A DNA stretch of 64,000 nt, taken from a bacterium (lineage in GTDB: Bacteria > UBA8248). Positions 1 to 9,977 of the stretch are shown here, piece by piece (the first letter of the stretch is position 1; every line of letters begins with the position of its first letter). Location of the stretch: NCBI GenBank assembly GCA_965221165.1, contig CBDCRP010000002.1, positions 1,280,001-1,344,000 of the forward strand. The letters run 5' to 3'. The notes under the pieces are model-generated. The model worked only from the letters and a program-made list of their open reading frames with translations. It had not been told where the DNA came from and did no database searches. The position numbers and the translations under genes were made by a program.

Positions 1-63
1 CGCGAAGGTGTTGCAGACAACCGCCACGAGAAGAAAACTCGAAGACAACCAGTTACGCCGCAT
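1..63 (-). CDS. 5' end of a probable exported protein (runs off window)
   Basis: ATG at 63 with AGGA RBS upstream; MRRNWLSSSFLLVAVVCNTFA resembles a signal peptide. Confidence 0.45.
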   Translation of the reverse strand, partial: MRRNWLSSSFLLVAVVCNTFA

Positions 64-115
64 AGCTTCGATTCCTGATCATTTCGCCCGAGTTCGTGAA
101 ACCGACGGGTTCATC

Positions 116-562
116 TCAGCGCGCAGGTTCTCCCGATATCCGAAATACGCATTCCGGAATCGGCATGTCCACCCGTCGCTGACCCGGTTTTTCCTCCACC
201 TTTGTCTCATAGATTCCGTCACAGTCGACGTCGAGAAGCGTGATGTCGTATGGAAACTTGTTGTCCACGTCGATGTTGATCGCGAAAATACGGTTATTGA
301 TGGTGAGCGTTTCAAACTGGAATTTCCATTCATCGAGATATTGTTTGATCAGGGTCTCCTCGCCCGGAATGCGCATGGAGAGGTCCCGACGAACCCACCC
401 CAGAAAACGCGAACGGCTGAGCTCGGGCGTGTCGAAGCCCTCGGGCCTTTTCTCGACGGGGCCATTTCCCTTGTCCGCGGGCGCCGCGCATACGCTCCCG
501 GAACCAAGGAGCGCCATCGCCAAGAATATAAAAACGCATATTTGCCTGAAACGTATATTCAC
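116..562 (-). CDS. Hypothetical exported protein with DxDxDG motif
   Basis: GTG start at 562 preceded by AGAGGG; hydrophobic N-terminus (ICVFIFLAMALLG..CAA); DVDCDGIYE motif. Confidence 0.6.
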   Translation of the reverse strand: MNIRFRQICVFIFLAMALLGSGSVCAAPADKGNGPVEKRPEGFDTPELSRSRFLGWVRRDLSMRIPGEETLIKQYLDEWKFQFETLTINNRIFAINIDVDNKFPYDITLLDVDCDGIYETKVEEKPGQRRVDMPIPECVFRISGEPAR

Positions 563-846
563 TGAAATCACCCTCTGCATCGACGTGAACCCCGGCGCGC
601 CTCCAGGTTCGAGGCATTTGCGGCCCAGAAAGATTAGCATCCGCCACGCACCGGGTTCAAGAGATGTGTTTCCGCCTCCAGGCAACCCGAAAAATACGAA
701 AAGCCCCGGCCCTCCCGATGCGCTTTGACATTTCGCAGAAGCGGATTATTCTTCGCATATCGGCGAATTTTCATCCCGACTCCGGCGGGGCGCATGAAGC
801 GCGCCCCAGAAACGACCACCATGGAAACCCCCAAGGAGAAGCTCAC

Positions 847-1200
847 ATGACGACGACACAAAGAAAAGCGCGGCTCATCCGGCCCGAGGAGCGTGAATCC
901 GAAGGCATGGCGGGTGGCGCGAGCCACAAGTCCATCGTATCGAAAGGGAACGACGGAACGGATCTCACCGTCTACTACACGCTGATACAGCCGGGACAAA
1001 CGCACGACTGGCATCACCACGAGGAGGACGAAGTCATCTTCTGCGTGAGCGGGACGGGGAGATACGATCTCGATGACGGCGAGATCAACTACGGACCCGG
1101 GCAGTTCATCTTCATGCCCAAGGGCACGCGCCACTGCAACCACTGCGTGGGCGAGGAAGACGTGAGGCTGGTGGCCATCTTCCAGCCGGGCCGCGAATAA
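847..1200 (+). CDS. Cupin domain protein
   Basis: AAGGAG RBS; cupin motifs HxHxxxE (WHHHEEDE) and PxGxxH (PKGTRH). Confidence 0.85.
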   Translation: MTTTQRKARLIRPEERESEGMAGGASHKSIVSKGNDGTDLTVYYTLIQPGQTHDWHHHEEDEVIFCVSGTGRYDLDDGEINYGPGQFIFMPKGTRHCNHCVGEEDVRLVAIFQPGRE

Positions 1201-1252
1201 ATATAACGCCCGCGCGCGGGCCGGGGAAACGGAGAGGAGCCTGGAGACGAAA

Positions 1253-2650
1253 ATGGATCCCATGCAGAAAATCATCGCCCATTACGCGAATCTGCGCTTC
1301 CAGGATCTGCCCGCGCAGGCCGTCTGCGCGGCCAGAAACCTCATCGTCGATTCGCTCGCCTGCGCCATGGCCGGCTCGGCCGCGCCCCTGAACCCCGAGA
1401 TCATCGAACGTCACATCCGCTGGGGCGGCGCGCCCGAGGCCACGGTCCTGGTCTTCGGGGGCCGGCTGCCGGCGCCGACGGCGGCATGGCTGAACGCCGC
1501 CATGATTCACTCGAATGATTTCGACGACACCGAAGACACCACCCAGAACCATATCTTCGTCACGATTCTTCCCGCTCTTCTCGCCGCGGGCGAGAGTTGC
1601 GGACGAGCGATGCCGGGCCGGGAAGTCATCGCGGCCCTGGCGGGCGCTGCGGACGTGACTTTACGGCTGAACGCCGTCGTGCATAAGAGCATTCATCCCG
1701 GCTGGCTGCCCACCACGGTGTTCGGCGCCGTCTCGGCTTCCATGGCCGCCGCCCGGATTCTGGGACTGGGTGCAGACGGCATCGCCAATGCGGCGGGCTT
1801 CGGCTATGCGCAATCACACGGCAACCGCCAGGCCCTGCTCGACGGCTCCGTCGCCAAGCGACTGCAACCCGCCTTCAGCGCGCGGGCGGGCGTGCATTCA
1901 GCCGTTTTGGCGCAAACCGGCGCCACCGGCCCCAGGCGTATCGTCGAGGGGGCGGACGGCATCATCGAGCTCTTTGGCGGCGGCCAGGGCGACCCGGGCG
2001 CGCTCACCGAAAAATTGGGCGAGAAATTCCACGTCTCCCGAATCGGCATGAAGCCCTATCCGAGTTGCCGGGTTTCCCATCCCCACATCAGCGCCGCTCT
2101 CGAAGCGCGCGAGCGGCTCGGCCATTTTGAGGCCAGCGACGTAGAAAGCGTCGAGGTATGGGCCACGCCCATCGGCCACTCGATGATCGGCCAGCCGTTC
2201 CAAATCAGGGAAAACCCACAGGTGGACGCGCAGTTCAGCGCGCAGTGGACGACGGCGTTCTCTCTCTTGAGAGGCGTTCCTCGAATTGCGCACTTCGAGC
2301 CGGACGCCGTCACCGCAGGAGCGGAGGTGATCGAACTCGCGCAGAAAACCAGGATCCGCATCTGGGAAGAGGGCAGTCTGCTGCTCGTGCCCGTGCGCAT
2401 CCGCGTCAGGCTCAAAGACGGAAGAGAGGCCGACGTCACGCACGAGAAGATCAAGGGTTCTCCCGAATGGGCCATGACCGAACAAGAGAGGAAGGAGAAA
2501 TTCTTCTCCTGCGCCGAGGCCGCAGCAGGGAGACTCGAACCAGAACCCGTGGAGCGCACCTTCGAGGAACTCTCGGCCCTTGAGGATTGCGCCGACGTCC
2601 GGCCGATTCTCGCCAGGCTCACCCCTGCGAAAAAACCGGCCCTCGCATAG
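1253..2650 (+). CDS. MmgE/PrpD family protein
   Basis: DSLACAMAG, AAWLNAAMIHSNDFDD, KPYPSC and AQFS motifs typical of the PrpD family. Confidence 0.9.
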   Translation: MDPMQKIIAHYANLRFQDLPAQAVCAARNLIVDSLACAMAGSAAPLNPEIIERHIRWGGAPEATVLVFGGRLPAPTAAWLNAAMIHSNDFDDTEDTTQNHIFVTILPALLAAGESCGRAMPGREVIAALAGAADVTLRLNAVVHKSIHPGWLPTTVFGAVSASMAAARILGLGADGIANAAGFGYAQSHGNRQALLDGSVAKRLQPAFSARAGVHSAVLAQTGATGPRRIVEGADGIIELFGGGQGDPGALTEKLGEKFHVSRIGMKPYPSCRVSHPHISAALEARERLGHFEASDVESVEVWATPIGHSMIGQPFQIRENPQVDAQFSAQWTTAFSLLRGVPRIAHFEPDAVTAGAEVIELAQKTRIRIWEEGSLLLVPVRIRVRLKDGREADVTHEKIKGSPEWAMTEQERKEKFFSCAEAAAGRLEPEPVERTFEELSALEDCADVRPILARLTPAKKPALA

Positions 2651-2685
2651 AATTTCGACGACGACGGCTCTATAATTCCCTACCC

Positions 2686-4269
2686 ATGAGCCGAGATAAC
2701 GAACAAGCCATACATCCGGGCGCCAACATCGCCTGGGCGAGGAGGAGATACGGTCCGCGCGAGGCGGTGGTGGACGCCGAACGCCGCTTGAGTTTCTCGG
2801 ACGTGTATGCCCGCGGCAAGCGGGTCGCGAACGCGCTCATCGCGAACGGCCTGGAGCCCGGCGATCGCGTCGCCAAGCTCATGCGTAACCGCGCCGAGAT
2901 CATCGAGATCAATTTCGGCGTCGCGATGGCCGGCGGCGCATCCTTGAATCTCCACGGACGAAACGTCCTTAAAGAACACGTCCACATGCTGAACGATTCC
3001 GAAACCTCGTTCTTGCTCCTGGACGAACGCCACGGCGAATACGCGGAAGAGCTTGAAAACGAATGCCCGGGTCTGCGCCGCATCATCGCCGTGGGGTGGA
3101 AAGGCGGGGGCGGTATCGCATACGAGGACTGGCTGCAAAAAAGTTCGGGCAACCCCCCCAGGGTGATTCTCGAGCCGGATTCCCTGTTCCATCTTCACTA
3201 CACCTCGGGCACGACCGGAATCCCTAAGGCGGTCGTCAACACGCACAGGACGCACGTCGCGTGGCTGGCGAAGTTTTTCAGAAACCTCGACTACCGGATG
3301 GGCGTGCGTGATTCCATGCTCCATGCGGGTCCCATGACGCACGCGTCGTTCAACTTCATCGAGACCACGTTTCTCCGCGGGGCGCGAAACATCATCATGC
3401 CCTCGTTCGAGCCGGAGCTGTTCCTCGAGATGACGGAAAAAGAGGGGGCCACGACCACCTACCTCGTCTCCACGATGGTGCAGCGGCTCATCGAATGCGG
3501 AAAGCTCGAAAGTGCTGACCTCTCGAGCCTGCACACGATCACCTACGGGGCCGCCCCCATCTCGGAGGAAAACCTGAGACACGCCATCGATCAGGTCGGC
3601 CCCATCTTCCGGCAAACCTACGGGCTGACCGAAGCGCGCCAGCCCATCGCGATTCTCGACCCGTGGGATCACGCCGTGGACGGAACGCCCGAAGAGCGTG
3701 CGCGCCTCGCCTCGTGCGGAAGGGTGGCGGCGGGCGTGGAACTCGAACTCCTGGGCGATGACGACCGCCCCGTCGCCACCGGCGAGATGGGGGAAATCTG
3801 CGTCCGGGGGGATTACGCCATGGCGCGCTACTGGAAAAACCCCGAAGCCACGGCGGAGACCATGCGAAACGGCTGGGTGCACACCGGAGACCTCGCCGTC
3901 GCCGATGAGGAAGGGTATCTCTACATCGTCGACCGCAAGAAGGAGATGATCATTACGGGCGGGTTCAACGTCTATCCCTCGGAAGTGGAGCGCGCCCTGT
4001 GCCGCCACCCCGCCGTCCTGGAAGCACTGGTGATAGGCGTGCCCGACGAGAGGTGGGGCGAGGCGGTCAAGGCGATGATCGTTCTCCGCCCCGGGGAATC
4101 GCCTGCGCCTTCTGACATCATCGATTTCACGCAAAATGACATCGCCGGCTTCAAGAAGCCCAAACACATCGAGTTTTTGAGCGAAATTCCCAAAAACGCG
4201 CAGGGAAAAGTCCTGAGGCGCGCGATTCGGGAAAAACACTGGGTCGGAAGAACGCGAAAGGTGAACTAG
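2686..4269 (+). CDS. AMP-binding acyl-CoA synthetase
   Basis: YTSGTTGxPK, YGLTE, HTGD, DRKKEMI and GKV adenylation motifs. Confidence 0.93.
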   Translation: MSRDNEQAIHPGANIAWARRRYGPREAVVDAERRLSFSDVYARGKRVANALIANGLEPGDRVAKLMRNRAEIIEINFGVAMAGGASLNLHGRNVLKEHVHMLNDSETSFLLLDERHGEYAEELENECPGLRRIIAVGWKGGGGIAYEDWLQKSSGNPPRVILEPDSLFHLHYTSGTTGIPKAVVNTHRTHVAWLAKFFRNLDYRMGVRDSMLHAGPMTHASFNFIETTFLRGARNIIMPSFEPELFLEMTEKEGATTTYLVSTMVQRLIECGKLESADLSSLHTITYGAAPISEENLRHAIDQVGPIFRQTYGLTEARQPIAILDPWDHAVDGTPEERARLASCGRVAAGVELELLGDDDRPVATGEMGEICVRGDYAMARYWKNPEATAETMRNGWVHTGDLAVADEEGYLYIVDRKKEMIITGGFNVYPSEVERALCRHPAVLEALVIGVPDERWGEAVKAMIVLRPGESPAPSDIIDFTQNDIAGFKKPKHIEFLSEIPKNAQGKVLRRAIREKHWVGRTRKVN

Positions 4270-4330
4270 AAGCCGGCCGCTTTCATCGTCCAGACATTTA
4301 GAAGCCACTTATTTCGACAAGGAGCGACAA

Positions 4331-5113
4331 ATGGACCTGACGCAAGAGTTCGGACTCAAAACCGTGAAATACCGCAAGGAAAACCGCATCGCCTACGTCA
4401 CCCTGAACCGGCCCGACAAGCTGAATCCCTTGAGCTTCGCCACGGTGACCGAGCTTCTCCGGTGCTGGGAAGACGTGAACGACGACAAGGAGGTATGGGT
4501 GGCGATTCTCGCGGGCGAGGGGAAATCCTTTTGCTCCGGATGGGATCAGAACCTGGAAGAAGATGAACTCAAGATGGGCGCCGTCCGCCCCAAGGGAATA
4601 CTCTACTGCGATCTGGACTGGATCAAGAAACCCGTCATCTGCGCGTCGCAAGGCTACGCCATCGGCGGCGGCATGAGCCTTCTTCTCGGCGCGGACGTCC
4701 GCGTGGTCTCGGAAGACGCCAAGATCGGCTATTCCCAGCCCAAGATCGGCATCATCAGCATCGGCGGGGCCATGCGCATGCCCGAGGCGATTCCAGGCCT
4801 CGCCAGATGGTACATGTTCTCGGGCGAGTTGATAGACGCGCAGGAGGCCTACCGACTCGGCCTCGTGGTGAAGATCGCCAAAAACGGAGAACTCCTGGAG
4901 ACGGCGACCGCCATGGCCGAGCAGATCATCGAGTGCTCGCCGATGTCGGTGCAGCACACCAAGGAGGAGATCGCCGTGGCCGCCAACGTGTCGATGTACG
5001 AGGGCTATCGCCTGTGCCGGCCCATCATGAACCGCTTCTACCAGACCGAGGACTACCGCGAGGGCAAGAACGCGTTCATGGAAAAACGAAAACCCGTGTG
5101 GAGAAACTGCTGA
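4331..5113 (+). CDS. Enoyl-CoA hydratase/isomerase (crotonase) family protein
   Basis: LNRPDKLN, FCSG, AIGGG, EGKNAFMEKRKP. Confidence 0.92.
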   Translation: MDLTQEFGLKTVKYRKENRIAYVTLNRPDKLNPLSFATVTELLRCWEDVNDDKEVWVAILAGEGKSFCSGWDQNLEEDELKMGAVRPKGILYCDLDWIKKPVICASQGYAIGGGMSLLLGADVRVVSEDAKIGYSQPKIGIISIGGAMRMPEAIPGLARWYMFSGELIDAQEAYRLGLVVKIAKNGELLETATAMAEQIIECSPMSVQHTKEEIAVAANVSMYEGYRLCRPIMNRFYQTEDYREGKNAFMEKRKPVWRNC

Positions 5114-5223
5114 GCAGGGGCGTAGGCGGAACGGGAGGAGGCGGGCGTTCACCTTCCGGGGTTGCGGGACGGCCCGGTATGAAGGATAAGCCTTAATCGG
5201 CCATCCCGATCCCAGGAGCGCGC

Positions 5224-6417
5224 ATGGATTTCTCTACGGGCAAGGATGAGGCCGGCATTCGGCAGGGCTGGCCGATCATCCTCGCGTGTTTTCTCACCAT
5301 ATTCACCGCCTACACCACGGCCTTCATCCTGGGACCCATGCTCGACGTGATGGGCCGCGACCTGGGCCTCTCCCTCACGGCCATGGGACAGTTGGCGGCC
5401 ATCACCTTCATCCCCTGGGGGGTGGGCGCGCCCCTGCTCGCGCCGATTTCGGATCGCTACGGGCGAAAGCCCGTCATCCTCGTCGGGGTCGTAGGCCTGT
5501 CGCTCTCCTGCATCGCCACCTCGTTCGCGGACGGGTACCTCGCGGTGGCGGTCTTGCGCTTCATCGCGGGGCTGAGCGGCGCGCTGGTGCCGCCCACGGC
5601 GGTGGCGGCTATCGGGGACAACTTCACGGGCCGCGCGCGCGGCCTCGCCATCGGGTTCGCGACGGCGGGCGTGGCCATGGGCCTGCTCGTCGGAATCCCG
5701 GGCGTGGCTTTTTTGACGGATCACCTCGGCTGGCGCAACGCTCTTTGGATTACGGGCGCGTTCGGCCTGACTCTTTCCCTGTACACGCTCCGCTCGCTGC
5801 CCAGCGGGAGACGGACCGACGCGCCGTCTTCCTATCTGGCCAGCTTCGCGTGGATGCGCCAGGGCGCCTCATGGCTCCTGATGAGCGGCAACGTCGTCGA
5901 GCGGCTCATGACTTCCGCATTCCTGACCTATGTATCCGTTTTTCTGATGCGCACCTTTGATGTTTCTCTCTCCACCGCGGGAAGCCTGGTCACGGCGATG
6001 TCCGTGGGCGCGCTCATCGGCGGCCTCCTGGGCGGCGCGCTCGCGGGCGTGAGGCGGCGCTTCCTCATCATCACCGCCCTGGTTTTGCTCCAGGGAGAAC
6101 TTCTGGCGTTTCACTTCTCGGGATTGGGTTTTCTCACCCTCACGATCGCGGCGGGCTTTCTCTTCTCGTTCTTCAGCCATCTCAGCAGGCCCGCCGTGAT
6201 GGATGACCTCATATCGATCGCCCCGCAGGCGCGCGGCGCCGTCATCGGCTTCTATTCGACGAGCAACCAGGCAGGACTGTTCCTGGGAGCCTCCCTGGGC
6301 GGGTTCGCCATACAGTGGGGAGGCTTCGAGGCGCTCGGCTGGCTCGTCCTGGGCGCGGCGATCCTGGGCGGGTGCTTCTACGGAGCGAGCGCGTGGGTGT
6401 TTCGGGGGAAGGGCTAG
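5224..6417 (+). CDS. MFS transporter
   Basis: About 12 TM segments; motif A SDRYGRK. Confidence 0.9.
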   Translation: MDFSTGKDEAGIRQGWPIILACFLTIFTAYTTAFILGPMLDVMGRDLGLSLTAMGQLAAITFIPWGVGAPLLAPISDRYGRKPVILVGVVGLSLSCIATSFADGYLAVAVLRFIAGLSGALVPPTAVAAIGDNFTGRARGLAIGFATAGVAMGLLVGIPGVAFLTDHLGWRNALWITGAFGLTLSLYTLRSLPSGRRTDAPSSYLASFAWMRQGASWLLMSGNVVERLMTSAFLTYVSVFLMRTFDVSLSTAGSLVTAMSVGALIGGLLGGALAGVRRRFLIITALVLLQGELLAFHFSGLGFLTLTIAAGFLFSFFSHLSRPAVMDDLISIAPQARGAVIGFYSTSNQAGLFLGASLGGFAIQWGGFEALGWLVLGAAILGGCFYGASAWVFRGKG

Positions 6418-6451
6418 GCTTTCGGGACTAACAGCCCTTAGTCTTCCAATA

Positions 6452-6550
6452 TATACGATATCGCGTATATATATTACTTATACTTTATTGCGTATTAAAA
6501 TAAAATATACGTGTAAACGAATACTGACATATTATACGAATTAGCGTATA
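6452..6550. promoter_or_regulatory. Four HipB-type operators TATACG-N6-CGTATA, 27-bp period
   Basis: Palindromes at 6452-6469, 6479-6496, 6506-6523 and 6533-6550 in the AT-rich region directly upstream of hipB. Confidence 0.85.
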
Positions 6551-6569
6551 TTAACTGCAGGAGGAATAG

Positions 6570-6827
6570 ATGATGCGTGAGCATATTACCCGATCGGAAA
6601 AGCAGTTGGGAGCCGCCCTGCGCCGAGTCCGCAAGCAGTGTGGTCTCACACAGGCTGAACTAGGCGAAAAAATCCATATGCGCCAAGCCACCATCTCCAA
6701 GCTTGAGGGCGGCTCGTCGGCAAGCCGACTCCACACCCTCATGGCGTCTCTCGCCGCTCTGGATCTGGAACTGGTCGTGCGTCCGCGCAGCCGGAGCGCG
6801 AGCGATGAGATTGAGGTGCTGTTCTGA
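6570..6827 (+). CDS. hipB: HipB-like XRE HTH antitoxin
   Basis: LTQAELG..QATISKLE HTH; directly upstream of hipA; GGAGG RBS. Confidence 0.9.
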   Translation: MMREHITRSEKQLGAALRRVRKQCGLTQAELGEKIHMRQATISKLEGGSSASRLHTLMASLAALDLELVVRPRSRSASDEIEVLF

Positions 6828-8146
6828 TAGCCAGACGACGCACCTACATACCGCTGGCCGTCTATATGAACAGCCGCCTCCTCGGGCGGTTGCGCAAGGC
6901 GTCGAGCGGAGCCATCGATTTTCGCTACGATGATAGTTGGCTCGCCTGGGAGAACGGTTTTCCGGTTTCACGCTCCTTGCCGCTGCGTGAGGATCGCTAT
7001 GTCGGAGAACCTGTCGTCGCCGTGTTCGACAATCTGCTCCCCGATAACCCCGACATCCGCCACAAGCTGGCCGAGCGCACCCACGCGGACGGCTCAGACG
7101 TCTTCAGTCTGCTCGGCGCTCTCGGCCGCGATTGCGTCGGCGCTATGCAGTTGCTCCCGGAAGGAGAAGAGCCCGGTCCGGCCGGTTTGGTTAGCGGATA
7201 TGTCTTGAGTGACGACGAAATTGCCAAGAGACTCGCCAATCTGGGCAACAATCCGCTTGGTGTCGGCATGGACGAAGAGTTCCGCATTTCACTCGCGGGC
7301 GCACAGGAAAAGACCGCCCTCCTATACTGGAAAGGCGAGTGGCACCTCCCGCACGGTACGGCGGCGACGACCCATATTCTCAAACCGCAGATAGGGCGGC
7401 TCGGTGACGGCGTCGATCTTTCGCTCTCCGTCGAGAACGAGCATCTTTGCATGCGACTCTTCTCCATGCTCGGCCTGCCTGTGGCCAACACCCGCATGGA
7501 GACGTTCGGTGAGAAGAAAACGCTGGTAGTGGAGCGTTTCGACCGGCTCTGGACGAAAGACGGACGCCTCTTGCGCCTGCCGCAAGAAGACTGCTGCCAG
7601 GCGCTTTCGGTGCCCTCGGCTAAAAAATACGAGAGCGACGGCGGACCAGGGCTTCCCGACCTGCTCGACTTGTTCATTGGCAGCGATAAACCGGGATATG
7701 ATCGTAAGATGATCTTGAAGGCGACTGTCGCCTTCTGGCTCCTCGCCGCCATCGACGGCCATGCCAAGAACTTCAGCCTGTTCCTTCATCCGCGCGGAGG
7801 GTTTTCGCTGACGCCGCTCTATGACGTGATGTCGATTCAGCCGGTCTTCGACGCGCACCAACTCCGGCAACGCGATGTGAAGATGGCCATGGCGATCGGC
7901 GAAAAACGCCATTACCACGTAAATGAGATTATGCCGCGCCATTTTCTACAAACGGCGGGAGCCTGCGGAATGGGCGAGAGCATCGTCCGGGAGATATTCG
8001 TAGAGCTTCTTGAGCGAGGAAAGGCGGCGATTTCAAGTGTAGAGAATCATTTGCCGCCTGATTTTCCCGAAACGCTTTTAGAGAACATTTCGAGAGGCTT
8101 CCTCGCACGCTTACGTTTGCTGGAGCGTTGGGTATCGGCTTCATGA
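6827..8146 (+). CDS. hipA: HipA family Ser/Thr kinase toxin (start probably ATA at 6827; first ATG at 6866)
   Basis: SLAGAQEK P-loop, HILKP, DGHAKNFS, LTPLYD; N-terminal couple domain (FDNLLPD). Confidence 0.93.
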   Translation: MARRRTYIPLAVYMNSRLLGRLRKASSGAIDFRYDDSWLAWENGFPVSRSLPLREDRYVGEPVVAVFDNLLPDNPDIRHKLAERTHADGSDVFSLLGALGRDCVGAMQLLPEGEEPGPAGLVSGYVLSDDEIAKRLANLGNNPLGVGMDEEFRISLAGAQEKTALLYWKGEWHLPHGTAATTHILKPQIGRLGDGVDLSLSVENEHLCMRLFSMLGLPVANTRMETFGEKKTLVVERFDRLWTKDGRLLRLPQEDCCQALSVPSAKKYESDGGPGLPDLLDLFIGSDKPGYDRKMILKATVAFWLLAAIDGHAKNFSLFLHPRGGFSLTPLYDVMSIQPVFDAHQLRQRDVKMAMAIGEKRHYHVNEIMPRHFLQTAGACGMGESIVREIFVELLERGKAAISSVENHLPPDFPETLLENISRGFLARLRLLERWVSAS

Positions 8147-8192
8147 TGCGGCGCGCACACCGCCTCCTCATCCAAAAAAACACGCACCCCCT

Positions 8193-9857
8193 CTACTTCT
8201 TCACCGCGTCCTTGCGCCTTGGTTCCGGGAAGACGTCCTGATCGATGATCACGTCGACGACGGCGGGGCCTTCTTCCTTAAGCGCCTGCGCGTAGGCGTC
8301 CTCCAAATCTTCGGGGTCCTCCACGCGGTAGCCCGCCGCGCCGAAGACGCGGGCGTATTCGTCGAACCTGGGGTTGCCGATGGCGTCGGCGATGTAGCGC
8401 CCATCATAGAAATGCTTCTGGTAGGCGCGCTCGGAACCCAAATTGAAATTGTTCAGGATGACGCAGACGGTCGGAAGGTTCTCGCGCATCGCGGTTTCGA
8501 GCTCGGCCCCGTTGCACAAAAACGCGCCGTCACCGCTGATGGTGACGACTTTTTGATGCGGACGCGCCAGCTTCGCTCCCAGCCCCAGGGGATAGCCGAT
8601 GCCGATGGCCGCCAGATCCTGCGGAGCCACGAAACTCCTGGCCTGATCGAACCTCTGGTATTCATAGATATAGCCCGCGGCGCTGCCCGCGTCGTTCGTG
8701 ATGATGGTGTTCTCGGGCAGAACTCTTGCGAGGGCCATCTGCGCGCGCCTGGGGTCGATGGGCTTTCCGCCGTATTCCAGCGCCCGGTCGCGGTGTTTTT
8801 CCTGTGCGGCGCGCACCGCGGCGGCCTCCGCGCGCCACGCGGGGCGCTGGGTCCTCTCGCCCAGCACGCCGAGCACGGCCTTTAGCGCAGGGCCAGCCTC
8901 CGCGTTCATTCCCACCTCGGTCACAAAATTCCTGCCGATGTTATGCGGGTCCACGGCCGCGTGAATGAGCTTGGCGCCCCCGAAGAAATCGGGGCGCAGA
9001 AACGTGGTCGAATGCGCGAGCCGGGTGCCGACGGCGAACACGACGTCCGCCGTCTCGAAAAGCGCACGCGCCTCGGGCAGCGTTCCCCGGCCAATCGAAC
9101 CCAGGAACAGGGAATGCCCGTTCGGAACCACGTCGTCCCTCCCCGTGGAGGTCATGATGGGCGCGTCGAGCGCTTCGGCGAGTGCGACGAGTTCATCGCT
9201 CGCCTCGTCCCAGAGCACGCCGCCGCCGCCGATGAGCAGGGGCCGCTCGGCGGTTTTCAAGAGCGACGCCGCGCGCGCGACGGCATCGGGGTCGGGAGCG
9301 AGCCGCGCCCTGCTCATGGGCGCCGAGCCATTCCCTTCCGGATAATCCGCCCTCTCGTTCAACACGTCGCGCGGCAGGTCGACGTGCACGGGGCCGGGCA
9401 CGCCCGAGGTCGCCACGTGGTAGGCCTCGCGAATCACGTCGAATGCGCGCTCGGGCTTTCTCACCTGCACCGACCACTTCACCATCGGGGCGAACATGGC
9501 GATCTGGTCGAGTTCCTGGGTGGAATCGCGGAAGGTGTCCTTCATCATGGGAGCGCCGGTGATGACCAGCACCGGGCTTTGCGCCATCATCGAATGCGCA
9601 ACGCCGGTGACGAGGTTCGTGGCTCCGGGGCCGTTGGTCGCCATGCAGACGCCCACCTCTCCCGTGAGCCGCGCGAAGGCGTCCGCCATCAGGGCGGCGC
9701 TTTGCTCGTGACGCACCGTGAGGAAAGAAATGTCCTCGCGGCCGTACATGCCGTCCAGTATCTCGATCATGCACGAACCCGCCATGCCGATTACGTGCTT
9801 CACCCCCAGTTTCGCCAGCGCATCCGCCACCGCGTGTCCAGCCGTCATGCTCACCAT
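8193..9857 (-). CDS. Thiamine diphosphate-dependent enzyme (acetolactate synthase/Xsc-like family)
   Basis: RHEQ, GPGATN, GPVHVDLP, GDGAF...NN ThDP motif. Confidence 0.9.
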   Translation of the reverse strand: MVSMTAGHAVADALAKLGVKHVIGMAGSCMIEILDGMYGREDISFLTVRHEQSAALMADAFARLTGEVGVCMATNGPGATNLVTGVAHSMMAQSPVLVITGAPMMKDTFRDSTQELDQIAMFAPMVKWSVQVRKPERAFDVIREAYHVATSGVPGPVHVDLPRDVLNERADYPEGNGSAPMSRARLAPDPDAVARAASLLKTAERPLLIGGGGVLWDEASDELVALAEALDAPIMTSTGRDDVVPNGHSLFLGSIGRGTLPEARALFETADVVFAVGTRLAHSTTFLRPDFFGGAKLIHAAVDPHNIGRNFVTEVGMNAEAGPALKAVLGVLGERTQRPAWRAEAAAVRAAQEKHRDRALEYGGKPIDPRRAQMALARVLPENTIITNDAGSAAGYIYEYQRFDQARSFVAPQDLAAIGIGYPLGLGAKLARPHQKVVTISGDGAFLCNGAELETAMRENLPTVCVILNNFNLGSERAYQKHFYDGRYIADAIGNPRFDEYARVFGAAGYRVEDPEDLEDAYAQALKEEGPAVVDVIIDQDVFPEPRRKDAVKK

Positions 9858-9977
9858 CAATCCGTTCTCCTTAAAAAACGCCGAAGCGAGCGCGAGCCCT
9901 TGCGCTCCGTTTCTGACCAAATTTTTTGTCCGTTGAGATTAGGCCCCGCGCGCGCGATTCGTCAAAGGCCTTAGGCG

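Noticed and set aside
575-720. 6S RNA or c-di-GMP-I riboswitch
   Set aside because: Only fragments match (TTGAACC..GGTTCA; GGCAAC..GAAA..AAAGCC); the required stems and length are not present
2680-4308. Long antisense ORFs (also 28889-30496, 32799-34343, 38401-40035, 42645-44180, 50519-51766)
   Set aside because: Shadows of high-GC genes on the opposite strand with no recognisable motifs
6452-6550. CRISPR-like repeat array
   Set aside because: Units are 18 bp with 9-bp spacers, there are no cas genes, and they are explained as hipBA operators
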